A DNA stretch of 62,172 bases, the filler included, from Squatina squatina (Eukaryota): NCBI GenBank assembly GCA_031763465.1. It is 4 parts of 4 records of this genome, joined end to end, with 100 filler letters (N's around TTAATTAATTAA, not from the genome) between each part and the next. Parts side by side here need not be neighbours in the genome. Positions count along the whole stretch, not along the records: positions 1 to 18,754 come from JARFOE010000004.1; positions 18,855 to 36,766 come from JARFOE010000046.1; 2 more parts are not named here. One strand, written 5' to 3'. The first letter of the stretch is position 1; every line of letters begins with the position of its first letter. A program made the translations under genes and the position numbers. The notes below the pieces were generated by a model. It did no database searches. It had not been told where the DNA came from and saw only the letters and a program-made list of their open reading frames with translations. Shown here piece after piece: positions 11,905 to 24,733 of the stretch.

Positions 11905-13361
11905 CAGACGGCAGCTGTTGATGATCCTGCCAGTCCCATTTACAGCGAGACTGTCCCAGATTCCCACATCTGCAGGAAGTGTCTCTGCCTTCAGCTGCTC
12001 CGCCTCAGAGTAATTGAGCTGGAGTTCGAGTTACAAACAGTCTGAAACACAAGGGAGAGGGAGGAATTTCTGGACACTTTTATCCAGAATCAAAATATGG
12101 CAGTGATAGGGGACAGTAATTAGGGGGATAGATAGCGTTCTCTGCAGCCAACAACGAAAATCCCGAAAGGTGTGTTGCCTACCCTGTGCCAGGGTAAGGG
12201 ATATCTCACGGCAGCTGGAGAGGAACTTGGAAAGGGAGGGAGTAAATCCAGTTGTGATGTTCCATGTCAGAACAAATGACATTGATAAGAACAGGGAGGA
12301 GGTCGTCCTGAAAGAGTATCAGGAGTTAGGCTTTAAATTAAAAGCAGGAGCTCGGGGGTAATAATCTCGGAATTATTGCCCGAGCAGCGTGCAAATTGGC
12401 ACAGAAACAGACAGATCAGGAGAATTAACAAGTGTCTAAAGGACTGGTGTGGAAACGAGGGGTTCCTTTTCATGGGGCACTGGCACCAGTTCTGGGACAG
12501 GAAGGAGTTGCACCCATGGGACGGGCTCCACCTGAACCGGGATGGGACCTGTGCCCTGGCAGAAAGGGTAAATAGGGAGCTGGCAAAGGCTTCAAACTGG
12601 TTAGATGGGGGGTGGGATCTACAAGAACTGAAAGGGAGGTTCAGTAGCTGCACTTAATAGGGATAACAAAATGGCAGTTGAAAATAGTGACATAGCCATC
12701 AGCAAGACAAAAATAGAATCCATACGGACAGAGATAAAAAACAATAATTGATCAATCACACTAATAGGGATAGTCTACAGACCACCGAACAGTGGAAGGG
12801 AGGTGGAGGGGGAAACATGCAGGGAAATTAGGGAAATTAGGAAAAAAATATAACATAATAATCATGGGGGATTTCAACTGCGCCGATATTAATTGGACAG
12901 AAGAGCTAGTTATAGGGGATAAGGGAGTGGAGTTCCTACAATGTGTACAGGACTCCTTTCTAACCCAATATGTAACAAGCCCAACTATTGGGTCTAGTAA
13001 TGAGGAATGAACCAGAGCAGATAAGAAAAATAAGGGGAACACCTGGGCAATAGTGACCATAATACAATACGCTTTAAGATGATAATTGAGAAGGCGATAA
13101 GTATGACAAAGACCAGGGTAATAGATTGTAGAAAAGCTGATTTTGAGGGGCTGAGAACAGAACTTTGGAAAATAAATTGGGCAACAATATTGGGAAAAAC
13201 GATATAGAACAGCAATGGAAAACATTTAAAGTGGTGTTCAACAGAGTGCAGCAAAAATATATTCTGCTAATGGGAAAGAACAAACTAAACACTTCTGAGA
13301 CTCCATGGATGAATAAAGGGATAATGGAAAAATTGAGGGTAAGGAAAGAGGCATACATTAA
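11905..13361 (+). mobile_element. CR1 LINE: ORF1 (zinc finger/leucine zipper + SGNH esterase) and ORF2 APE endonuclease, degenerate
   Basis: HICRKCLCLQLLRLRVIELE; VIGDS; CCLPCARVRDI; HVRTNDI; WDGLHLNRDG; then IIMGDFNCADINW, FLQCVQDSFLTQYVTSPT, SDHN, PWMNKGI. Confidence 0.9.
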
Positions 13362-13501
13362 GGGCGGCCAATTTGGGTTTTTAAAGTTTCTGGCGTTAAA
13401 TGCTGAATTTAGCGCTGGAAATGGGACGCTTTGAAAATTTTCAGTAAGCCCCCAATTAGCCACTTTACAATTTGAGCTTTCAAAAACGTGTAAACTTTAG
13501 C
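13362..13501. mobile_element. DNA transposon terminus (Harbinger-like) interrupting the CR1
   Basis: CR1 similarity stops abruptly at TAA followed by GGGCGGCCAATTTGGG. TAA/TTA is the PIF/Harbinger target. The other end is lost in a gap. Confidence 0.45.
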
Positions 13502-13601
13502 NNNNNNNNNNNNNNNNNNNNNNNNNNNNNNNNNNNNNNNNNNNNNNNNNNNNNNNNNNNNNNNNNNNNNNNNNNNNNNNNNNNNNNNNNNNNNNNNNNN
13601 N

Positions 13602-14366
13602 GGTGACTAGAGAATGAAGTTTGTGGTAGGGACAAGAAAAGAAATAGGAGGGCTGGGGGGGAAGGATAGAACCTTGGGGGACTCCAGAGGTAATGGTGTG
13701 TGAGTGGGAAGGGATGTCAATGCTGGTAATTTTCTGGATGCAATAGATAAGAATGGAACCAGGCAAGGGCAGTCCCAACCAGTTGGACAATGGAGGAGAG
13801 GCGTTGGAGGAGGATGATGTAGTCAGCCATGTCAAAGGCTGCAGTCAGGTCGGGAAGGATGTGAAGGGATAATTTACCATGGTCACAGACACAAAGGATG
13901 GCATTTGTGACTTTGATAAGGACTGTTTCAGTACTATGGCAGGGGCATAAACTGGATTGGAAGGATTCAAACATAGAATTGCGGGAAAGATGGGCACGGA
14001 TTTGGGAAGCACATTCAAGGACTATGGAGAGAAAAGGGAAGTTGGAGATGCAGTGGTAGTTTTCAAGGATGGAGGGATCAACGGTGGGTTTTTTGAGAGG
14101 TGTGATATGGCACATTTGAAGGGGAGGAGGACAGTAACTGAGGAAACGGAACCGTTAACAAAAACAGCTAACATGGGGATAGGAAAGAAGTTGGGTGTTC
14201 AATAGTAGGTGGGAGCAGGAGGTGGGTACCATGAACAAGATGAAGTTGGAGAGGGCACGACGGGAGAATCTACAGAAAGCTGTGAGTTCAGGGGAGGGCA
14301 GGGTGAAACTATAGGAGAAGTTTGGCCCAGTGGGCTAGGGGAAGGGAGGGATTGGACAGAGGCAGC
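13602..14366 (-). mobile_element. L2 LINE reverse transcriptase fragment
   Basis: ITPLKKPTVDPSILENY..ISNFPFLS..LE; FQS...HSTETVLIKVTN; DLTAAFD; SGVPQGSIL. Confidence 0.92.
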
Positions 14367-16287
14367 NNNNNNNNNNNNNNNNNNNNNNNNNNNNNNNNNN
14401 NNNNNNNNNNNNNNNNNNNNNNNNNNNNNNNNNNNNNNNNNNNNNNNNNNNNNNNNNNNNNNNNNNTCTTACCTCTTTGGTCATCCATGGCTGTTTTAAT
14501 TGGGAAGTCGAGCTCTTGCTCCTTTGGGTATAAACTGGTTTTGCATTACATTCAATTTGTTTCAGAACATCTCCCAGTGATCCCCTGTTGTTTTACCCAT
14601 TAATAGATTTGCCCAGTTTACTGTGGACAGTTGTTGGGCATTGAGGTTTTTTGAGCCACCTTACTGATGATTAATGAAAATGATGGTTAGGCCACATCTA
14701 TAATACTGTGTGCAGCTTTGGCCATCTCACTACAAGCGGGCTAAAGTTGTATTATCTCAAACGGAGACTTGAGTGAAGATTTGATAGAGATGGACAAAAT
14801 AATAAAAGGAACACACAAGGTTAACACAGATTAGGTAAATAAAAGAGATAAATGTCAAGATAAACATCAAATACAGAAAGAGGAAGCAGAAACTTTTACA
14901 TTGCATTCTGGGTATGTGCAGCACTTTGCCATAAGTGGTGATTGATGCTAAATCAATAAAAGCATTCAGAAAGGTCTGTAAGATTTCTAGGGCACCAGTA
15001 TCAGATCTGCTATGGATAAAGTATAGCAGTAGTCAATTCAGATAGTTTGGTTCTACACACATTTCACCCAATGTATCTGTAAAGACCTGTAGGGCTTTCT
15101 GTACACAAAGTGCCTCTAAGAAACTGGACAGCCTCATTGTCTCAATGATATATGAGCCAACACAAAGCACTGTTCAGCCACTAACTTCTTTACTGCAGCA
15201 TTCCTGACATATCTCCATGCTAATGTTTAATTTTCTAACTGACTTGGAGCTGGCTTGTGCTATGAAACAATCAAAATTAGATATAATTGTAGTTGCGATA
15301 TGATTCTAGCAGTGAGGTGATCTCATCTACCCTTTTTAAAAGAACAGAAGACAGTGTAAGCTTTTTACTGGGAAGGATGTATAATTTTTAATATGTATTT
15401 AGTAATGGGGAGCTGGCATTAACTAAAAGCTGAAGAAGAGTCAACTGAAACCAAAATTGTCTGCCCACGAAGTGTGCTTTAGTAGATCGATACTAAGATG
15501 TGCCTATTACATTCCAGGATAAAACTCTTATTACAGACCAATCAAAAACAACACTATCAAATATAAGGGGAGGGGGACTATTTATGATTTTGCTTGAAAA
15601 TGAACTAGACAGTTATGAAACCAACAAATAGTAAAGGAAATATTTCTTTCTGGCATGGATAGAAATGTAAAGACTAATTGATCACAAGGGGAGAAAGAAA
15701 AACTACAGGTACAGTTCAGAACTGGGCCTCATAAAATCAGGCCTTGTATGTAATCAGCTAGGATACATTAGCCAATGGTGTCCCCACATACGATGTTAAA
15801 ATCATCTCAAAACACTAGGCAGAGAATTATTTTCAGGTAAACTGTAAGTAATTCTTGAAAGTGTTGACCGCTTACAAGACCTCCATAATACCTAATAATT
15901 TTACTTTCCAATAACAAACTAATAAGCTCTTTAGAGTTTGCCACTGAAACTATTTCTACACAAACACAAGTTACTGAAGTTTCATTTATGTATCGATGAT
16001 TACAATTCACTCGATGGAAGTTTAAGGGAAAAGTAGCAGTTAGCTGCTGTTTCTATCACCCTTCTAACCATGATATCTCAAGAACCGTTTAGCCTTCCGT
16101 CAAACAAAATTCTCCTAAAATCCCCATTCTTGGTCATTTCAATGTTCAATGCTTTAAGGGAAGGACATCGGTGAATTCGTACAGCAGTCTCTACACATTT
16201 TGTTTCAGAACTTAACATTGCATTTATAACATAATGGTGCACACAACATTGAATATTAACTATTTAGAGTATTGTGATAATACTAGC

Positions 16288-17046
16288 CTTTAACTTCATT
16301 CTGTCTTCAAGCAGGCAATCTTGAAGAATCGGTTCATACTTCCTGAGTAAGGAATTACATTTCTGGTCAAAGGCAGTGATGCTACTCTCATATCCTGATG
16401 TTACAGATGAACCAGCAGAAGAGTCATCAGAAGAAACAGCCGAACACACAAATGGAATGTCTATATCAAGTGAGAGCAAGTCAAAATCCTGAGGCCTGTC
16501 CTTTGATTCTGTGTTCCTGCTACACTTAATGTCAACATTTTGACTCACATGCAAACAAGGAGTCTCAACATCTTCCCCTAAAGGTTTGGGGTAGAATTGA
16601 TTTCTTGCTAATGTACTAACATCATACTGTCTCACTTGTGGCTCAACTTTGGGAAACCGTAAAGTTGAAACAAATCCATTTTGCTGCAGTTCATCTTGAC
16701 TGTCAACATTAGTACTCCTACAATTTAATGACATTTGTATGAAACTGAAGCTGGAAATGAAGGCATTAGCTGAATATATTTCTTCGTCTATGTCCCAAGG
16801 CTGCAGTCTTTGCAAATTTTCACCATCCACTTGTTTATTTGGACTAGTAACAGCTTGTGGCTTGCTTACATCAATACCCTTTTCCTTTTTACACTGTGTA
16901 AGACAAGCATCCTGCTTCTGTCGACAGCCTGTTGGCAAATGCTTGGAGTAAGTATTAATTCCAGTGTAACAGGAGCCATCACGACTGTCAGTCCACTGAC
17001 AGTTAGAATCAGAAGAACACCAAATGCTTTCCGACATGATCATATT
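16288..17046 (-). CDS. DISC1: DISC1 large exon 2, partial (5' part lost in N gap)
   Basis: Open frame of about 253 codons with DISC1 hallmark motifs FISSFSFIQMSL (SF-rich), SAGSSVTSGYES and SLLRKYEPILQDCL. Lies between TSNAX and SIPA1L2. The inferred donor is the non-canonical AAG|GCTAGT. Confidence 0.88.
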
Positions 17047-17192
17047 NNNNNNNNNNNNNNNNNNNNNNNNNNNNNNNNNNNNNNNNNNNNNNNNNNNNNN
17101 NNNNNNNNNNNNNNNNNNNNNNNNNNNNNNNNNNNNNNNNNNNNNNGTGTATGTCAACAAACCAAAACCCCTTTCCTTTGATGTCTCAATAA

Positions 17193-17576
17193 CTACATGC
17201 CTTCCTCATGGTCAATCATGGACGTTTTTGAGCTAAGCACATCGGCAAGCATATGTTTTGGAATTTCAGAGCCCCTCACAGTCAATGTGTAACAAGCATC
17301 TTCCACCTTTCCTAGACTTTGTTTCAATGTGTAAAGCTTCTTGGAAACTTCATATGGTCCAGTATTGCCAATGTATGTAAACCCATCATAGATAGCACGT
17401 AGAAACTGGCTCACCTCAAAGGGTGTTTCAATATCCCCATTCCCTACACTGGTGATACACATACGCATCAATTCACCAGTCAGATCTGCGATCCCCAAGA
17501 GGTAGTCTGTGGGAGTCACCTGCAGATACAGAAGTTGTTTTTGTTTCTCATCCTGTGAATCGGATAAGGCTGAGTC
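17193..17576 (-). CDS. TSNAX: Translin-associated protein X, last coding exon
   Basis: Acceptor TTTTTATCGTGCAG| then ...[94 protein letters not shown]...EEGM*. Confidence 0.97.
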   Translation of the reverse strand, partial: DSALSDSQDEKQKQLLYLQVTPTDYLLGIADLTGELMRMCITSVGNGDIETPFEVSQFLRAIYDGFTYIGNTGPYEVSKKLYTLKQSLGKVEDACYTLTVRGSEIPKHMLADVLSSKTSMIDHEEGM

Positions 17577-18754
17577 CTGCACGATAAAAAGCAGGATTAA
17601 GAGTGGAAAAACACATTAGATTAAGTATTACCTGTTGCCAAAGAAGGAATTTTAGCAGTTAACAACTAGGAAAAGGTTATTTATAAACTTTGAAATAATA
17701 TGTAGTGACTAAAATCTTAATCCTTCTAATTCGAATTCTAATTGTGAAGTAGCACTAATAATACCTAAAATTAATCCCACATTTCAATAGAAGTACTGTA
17801 TTGAGATGATATGCCCAATGATTGATAGTGCCTATTCCTCATTTGTTATTTACTAATCAAAAATGCAATTAGCCACGTCTGGAGTCCTAATTTGCCACAT
17901 GAGGCCCGTGGCTATCGTATTGGACAGCACTGCTCTGAGATTTCTTGATACTTCCATCTTAACTTTCAATTGAAAATAAAGGACCATTGGGAGACATCTG
18001 CACTGAAATTGGATATTGTTTACGTGCTCGTCATCACTGCCAAATTCACTACAAAACACTGACATTTTACAACAATTACATCTTGCTATCTCATTCTAAT
18101 TTCTTGGCAACAAGCATATTTTAATCACATGGGAAATATGAATAGTGAGAAGACTGGCAGAGTCTCAGAATCAAAATAAGCAACAGAAAATACATCATCC
18201 TTGCTTATTAGAAGGGAAGTAAAAAAAGGACTGAAGCCAAAAACCCTAGAACAACGCAACAATGTTAAGCTAGAGATGAAAGGGGCATATCTGAATACTG
18301 CCTCTAACAAGATGAATGGGTTTGTTGTAAAATTAAATTGCCTTAATCATTGTATAATATAGCCTATTCAAAATCTTGATGTGTTAAGAAAATATCTAAA
18401 ATAATGTGACAGAGTGACCACTTACTCAGTCGTAGTATTCCCGCCTCTGAGTCAGAAGGGTTACTTTGGAGCCCCAGTTAAAACAGTCCCGGCGAGCAGA
18501 GGATGGAGCGCCGGTTTTAAATACTGGATTGATGTTCAGCGGGGGCATCCGAACTTAAGAAATAGGAGTAGGAGCAGACCATACGGCCCCTCGAGCCTGC
18601 TCCACCATTCAATGAGTTCACGGCTGATCTACCTCAACTCCACTTCTCCACTCTATCCTCACCTTAAACATTCACTCCCTCCACCACTGGTGTTCCGTGA
18701 CTGCAGCGCATACCATCTATAAGATGTACTGTAGCAACTCGCCACGGCTTCTTC

Positions 18755-18854
18755 NNNNNNNNNNNNNNNNNNNNNNNNNNNNNNNNNNNNNNNNNNNNTT
18801 AATTAATTAANNNNNNNNNNNNNNNNNNNNNNNNNNNNNNNNNNNNNNNNNNNN
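18755..18854. other. Artificial scaffold-joining spacer
   Basis: 44 N + TTAATTAATTAA (18799-18810) + 44 N. The same construct occurs three times. Confidence 0.95.
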
Positions 18855-19205
18855 CCTACACCTTTAGTGCACAATACACATTTCGGGGCAGAACACAGGT
18901 TTATTGCTGCTAATATGTTACAACTTTGGGGAGGGAATTAATTTAGAACTACTAATCAGTTAACTCTTAAATATATCAAGGCAACGAGAGAGTGAACATT
19001 TATCAATGATGACAATTGCTTTGCGCACCAGAAAATCTACTGGCCACCTTACTCTGGAGTCAATCAATCAAAGCCCACCAAGTCTAAATACAGATCTAGA
19101 AATTAATCGCTCTTGTTGGTTTCAAACCAGCACAATGTAACCAAGGGGATGCCAAAGTGCACCTGCCTTCCTGCATTCCTTGTCTCTCACCATGATTCTA
19201 CCAGC

Positions 19206-19221
19206 CTACGTGACTGAATTC
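19206..19221 (-). CDS. RNF130: Candidate RNF130 final coding mini-exon ((E)NSVT*)
   Basis: Strong acceptor CTTTTTTTTGTGCTATGTCAG|G AAT TCA GTC ACG TAG. Phase fits the upstream exon ending in GA. The 16 coding nt match the length I recall for the human last exon (EVEWF*), but the residues differ. Confidence 0.45.
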
Positions 19222-19786
19222 CTGACATAGCACAAAAAAAAGATTGTACACCCATTGGGAAACATGATTTGTAAGCCAGTTAATGACTTGATAAAAATAT
19301 AAATTTACACTAAAAAAAAAACCTGACTGGATTAAATCTGTAAGCACTGCATGAAAGGCCACTGATTCAAGATCGGTTTAGTTTGACTGCCAAATCATTT
19401 CTTATTGGGCCCACCAGAAACAAGCTAGTCCCATCACCACATGGTACAAATGCCCTGTAATAAACTGTACCATTATGTGAAATTCAGATTCGGAAATATA
19501 TATGATTCATAAATGTATTGGCCATCTCTGAATATTAAAAATTGATTTATTTTTTTAACTAGGCTTGAGATTTGAACAGGATTTGCCTGCTACACTAATA
19601 AGTGAACATAGTTTAGGTGAAGTAGCCAAGTAGTTAAGCGAGCAAAATTCTGTCTCGTATAACTCACTGAGAGATACATGCAGGTCACCTCCAAACAGAC
19701 AAACTACAAATCAGTACCGTTTGAAACATTAGCTGGAAAACAGCATGATTTATGAAACAAAGAAAGGGAAAAGTCTGAATACTTAC

Positions 19787-19880
19787 TCATCTGCTGCTGT
19801 GGCTGTGGTTGCTTTGATTATCATGTAGAAGAGAGTGAGAGCACTAAGCACGCCAAAACTTGCGATAATAAGCCATTCTT
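19787..19880 (-). CDS. RNF130: RNF130 penultimate exon (second transmembrane segment)
   Basis: TTCCTTTGTTAACAG| xEWLIIASFGVLSALTLFYMIIKATTATAAD(E) |GTAAGT, 94 nt. Matches RNF130 [25 protein letters not shown]. Confidence 0.9.
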
Positions 19881-20125
19881 CTGTTAACAAAGGAAAGGTA
19901 AATCACTCTGGGAACGGCATGTGAAAAATGACGAGATTCCCTTATACAGCAGCAGCGGTGGCAGCACAAGTGAGCACGTCTAGGAAAATACGGATCAGAC
20001 AGTAAAGCAAGATCAATGACAGTGCANNNNNNNNNNNNNNNNNNNNNNNNNNNNNNNNNNNNNNNNNNNNNNNNNNNNNNNNNNNNNNNNNNNNNNNNNN
20101 NNNNNNNNNNNNNNNNNNNNNNNNN

Positions 20126-20340
20126 NACCTGTGGAATTCTCTACCACAGAAGGCTGTGGAGGCCGGGTCACTGAATATATTCAAGAAGGAGATAGATAGA
20201 TTTCTGGATAGTAGTGGCATCAAGGGTTATGGGGATAGGGCGGGAACATGGTGTTGAGATAGAGGATCAGCCATGATCATATTGAATGGCAGAGCAGGCT
20301 CGAAGGGCCGAATGGCCTAGTCCTGCTCCTATTTTCTATG
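20126..20340 (+). mobile_element. CR1 3' end (young copy)
   Basis: LWNSLPQKAVEAGSLNIFKKEIDRFL followed by the tail GGCTCGAAGGGCCGAATGGCCT...CTCCTATTTTCTATG. Confidence 0.9.
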
Positions 20341-21131
20341 ACAGATTTTAGGTAAGATGTTAAATGGCACATGCTACATTTGACAATTTCATGCTACCCT
20401 TCAAGGTTTAATGAGGCAGATCTTTGATAATGGGTGTGGAAAAACAAGTTTCCACCATACAAAATTAGTAGAAAATTTTCAGTTCCAACTGGAAGCTCAT
20501 TTCTGTAACATGATACTGGAGAGAGATGTACTCTGAATGAGATCACTCCCATCAATAAAATGTAAATGCATCTGAATGACTCAAATGCAATAAGGCTTTG
20601 ATAAAAAGGTCATAATGCTGGTAGAATTACTAAAACACAGGATGGATACACATAAACATATTCATTCCCCTGAGGGGAAAAACAACTTTAATGTTGATTA
20701 TTTAAAAAAATAGAATTTTGTGAATTTGCTTATTTCTAAACCAGACTGGTGAAAAACTGGCAAACAATCAGCTGTACCGTGGGTTTAGCTATAATAATAA
20801 TTTAACAAATAGAGTGACTTGAAGCTGAAAAATGCCCTTCCCCGTTTCTTTGTCTTTTCGGATCAATTTTACATTCACTATCTTGGCAGACCTTGCTCAT
20901 ATGGAAGCAGGGCTTTGGTTTCTAGTAAGGGTATAGCTGCACAATTGAAGTCCCAAATAATTGTACATGTACTGCGCAAACACATTTAAATGAATCCCTA
21001 GTTTAGAGATGTGCATGTAAACCATGCGCAATTATCAGTGCATGTTTACTTATCAGGTTCTCAAACTAAGGAGCTATGCCCAAAAACAAGAAATCTACAA
21101 ATTCAGCTGAAATGTCAGCAACTGTTTTGTA

Positions 21132-21465
21132 AGGAACAGGAGGAGGCCACTTAGCCCCTTGAGCCTGTTCCACCATTAAATCTGTATAATGGTGGCCTGT
21201 GCCTCAACTCCATTTATTTGCCTTTGCTCCATACCCCTCAATATCCTTACTGAACAAAAATCTATCGATCTCAGTCTTGAAAAATTACAATTGGTCCCCC
21301 AGAACCACAGCACTTTTTTTTTGGGTGGGGGGAGGAAAGATGAGAGCTCCAGATTTTCACTTCCTTTTGTGTGAAAACTGCTTCCTGATTTCACTCTTAA
21401 TGGCCTGGCTCTAATTTTAAGGTTATGTCCTCTTGTTTTGGATTCAGCCAGCAGAAGGAATAGTT
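21132..21465 (-). mobile_element. CR1 3' end
   Basis: Reverse complement of the same CR1 tail; translates as ESKTRGHNLKIRARP. Confidence 0.85.
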
Positions 21466-24019
21466 TCTGACTTGCTGAGTTTTTCCAGCATTTTTTGTTN
21501 NNNNNNNNNNNNNNNNNNNNNNNNNNNNNNNNNNNNNNNNNNNNNNNNNNNNNNNNNNNNNNNNNNNNNNNNNNNNNNNNNNNNNNNNNNNNNNNNNNNA
21601 CCAAAGACAGAAGTAGATATGCCTGCAGTGCAGTAGAAGCTGCTTGGACTGGAGGCAAAAGGAAAGGGCTCCATTTCCTAGCGCTGATACAAAAATTAAA
21701 CTATCATATATTCTGATCCATAAGCAATATTCTGTTGTCTATTATGAGTTATTTCTATTAAAGTATCCTGATATTAAAAAAAATTAAATAAATAGCAAAA
21801 CCAGCCAACACTAAATTATTTAGGATGTGAAAATACTTATAGTCATTTCTCAGATGTTTGATAAAATGCCAGATTGTAATCTAGATTAGCAAGTCTTGGG
21901 ATTTGGACATGATTTACTTCCGTGAAGAACGTGTTTCATGTTCCGAGTGTTCTTTCAACGTTAAGCTGACTCAGATCCCCTGTACAGAAGGTGCAATGCA
22001 TTAAGTCAGTAACGCTGAACGTGCAGCAAAACAAACCATTTTATTTGTATTCGTAGTGTTACTAAACTGTTGTCATTTGTCTATTCGGAATATTAAATGG
22101 CACCACTATGTAGTGAAACATGAAGTCCACTTTTTGTACTAGAAAGTTGCCTAATTTCTGGTTTTCTTTTAGTTCTCAGTCTCTGCTGAATATTTTCCTN
22201 NNNNNNNNNNNNNNNNNNNNNNNNNNNNNNNNNNNNNNNNNNNNNNNNNNNNNNNNNNNNNNNNNNNNNNNNNNNNNNNNNNNNNNNNNNNNNNNNNNNC
22301 CCTTATCCTGACACTATGCCCCCTAGTTCTAGACTCTCAAGCCAGGGGAAACATCCTCCCTACGTCTACCCTGTCAAGCCCTGAATTTTGTATGTTCCAG
22401 AAGTTGTGTTCAAATCCCACCAGGGCAAATTGTGAAATTGAATGGAATAAATCGAAAAATGACCATGAAAGCTTAGATTTTTCAAAACCGGTCTGTCAGG
22501 GAAGGGAGTCTGCCACCCCAACCTGGTCTGACCTATGTGACCCTCGTCCCATATGGTTGATTCTTAGTGCCCTCAGGGCTGCATTGCCAGCATAGCCCAC
22601 ATCCTTAGCACAAAAAGACTTGTTGGCAGCAGATTTGTGCTGAGTGACTTGATGGCTAGAACGTTGAATTCGGATTGATGCTTCAGTGTGTTACAGATTT
22701 GAATGCTTCTTAGTGATCCATGCATCGTGAGCTTGTCTGCTTTGCATGTCTTAGTTTATTGTGGACCTGCACTGATTGCAGGTGGATTAGTGAATTTTTG
22801 ATGAGGCGGAACCTATGCGTAAGCTTTATAATTGTTTTAAGAATGTATTAATAAATGTTCATTTGGGATTCAGGTACCTGTGTTGGTACTTGTTATAGGT
22901 ACTTGTATAGCTCAGTGTTGCTAGTTCTAAAAGCAGTGAGCCATCTGACCAATTGGATTTTGTTAGATGATCATTAGCTATAGATTGTTTTGCTAAGTGT
23001 ATATTGAAAAGATTCACTTCAGTCTGATGGAAAACTTTACTGGATATAATTGCACTTTTTGGCTGGCGGAAATACTGAGTTAACATTTCTTTCTCCCCTC
23101 ACTAGTTGCAGGATCATTTAAGCAGAACAAAAAATTATCAAAAATAAAATATCAGTTGTTTGGCATTTCTGTAGTCGATTTTAATCTAAAAATGAGTCTG
23201 CGTCCAGTTTTATGCCTTGTAGTAGGGTTTGACCCACTTCTATTTCAAAAACCTAATACATTGCAGGAAGAAATTCTCTCCCTCAGTTTGAAGTGTTGAA
23301 AACTACTGAACCCAGATCCAACTCATATTATTAAACTACAGAAGCATAAAAGAATGGACCCTGTCAGACACCATCTGTTCAAGGCTGGTGAATTCAAATA
23401 CAGGGAAATTGGGAGCACTAGACAAACACTGGTTTTTATTCCAAGCTCCAACCCCTCATTAAATTATCTAGAGACAGTAATCTGATATCTGCTGTTCGAA
23501 TTAATGGCACCTTTAGAGCTAATGTCAAGAGTTTATTAATGTGTAGCAGTTTCATGTTTAGACCATGAGTAGTGCAGGTGTCTTTCAGCTCTCATTTAAT
23601 TTTAAGCAGCTTTGTTGTCATGACATTAATTGAGACATCAGGGATATGCTATGCCAGGGATGCAAATTTTTAGAATTTTCAATCAATGTATAAAGCAATG
23701 GCCTGTTGAAGTTTCCATTAGTGCATTATTTTTAAAGAATAAATTCTAATGAATGCTTTGAGGTTTGGAGTCATTTGAAATCATGCCCATGTATAATTGT
23801 TTCAAAAATGTGATTACGGAATTCAGTACAGATATTGTCTGAAAGGATTTCTACTTTATTCAAATATGCAGCATGCTACAAGTGTATATAAAGGATTAAA
23901 TTTATGAAACGGATGTGAACTGGGTTACTGTACATAAGAGCCTGCCTCTTAGCCAAGTTGTGCATTTAGAATGCCATGGCAGCCTACTTATTCCAGTTTA
24001 GTAGCTGGACCATTGGGTC

Positions 24020-24350
24020 AAACATAGAAAATAGGAGCAGGAGTAGGCCCTTTGAGCCTGCTCCACCATTCAATAAGATCATGGCTGATCTTTTATCTCA
24101 AATCCACTTTCCCACCCTTTCCCCATATCCCTTGATTCCCTTAGTATCCAAAAATATATTGATCTGAGTCTTGAATATACTCAATGAGTCAGCAGCCACA
24201 GCCCTCTGGGGTAGAGAATTCCAAAGATTCACAATCGTCCGAGTGAAGAAATTCCTTCTTATCTCAGCTGTAAGTGGCTGACCCTTATTCTGAGATTGTG
24301 ACCCCTAGTGCTAGACTCCCCAGCCAGGGAAACATCCTCCCAGCATCCAC
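24020..24350 (-). mobile_element. CR1 3' end
   Basis: CATAGAAAATAGGAGCAGGAGTAGGCC...GAGAATTCCAAAGATTCAC..., the reverse complement of 20126-20340. Confidence 0.88.
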
Positions 24351-24485
24351 CCAGTCACTAAAAATTCTCAAAAATCCGGTCATCACCGAAAACAAGAAAT
24401 CACAGTCACACTTCCAATTACTAACAGCATGCCAAGTCTCAGCGAATATGAAACAAAGAAATGTTTAAAAATGAAAGTCACTGAC

Positions 24486-24733
24486 CTGGTTCCGTCCATG
24501 TAGGTTTGCATATCTGAATTTCTGGATGAAATAGAAGATCAGCCACGCCAATGAAATGATCATCAGTACAATAAATGATATGGACACAAAGACTAGAGAG
24601 CCACGACTGTACTTTGGAAATTGTGGCGTTCCAACTGTTATGGACATCAATACAGTGAGGTTTCTTTCCACATAGCTCAGAATCTCACGGCCTCGACGCT
24701 CAGAAATCATGATGGCGACTATATTACCAGTTC
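24486..24733 (-). CDS. RNF130: RNF130 (Goliath PA-TM-RING E3 ligase) exon: end of PA domain + transmembrane helix
   Basis: TTTGTTTCTTTCAG| [36 protein letters not shown]...[41 protein letters not shown] |GTCAGT, 248 nt. [12 protein letters not shown] and LIFYFIQK point to RNF130 rather than RNF150/149. Confidence 0.92.

Noticed and set aside
16264-17582. TSNAX-DISC1 fusion or ultra-compact locus
   Set aside because: A 100-N gap of unknown true size separates them, TSNAX has its own stop, and DISC1 exon 1 is missing.
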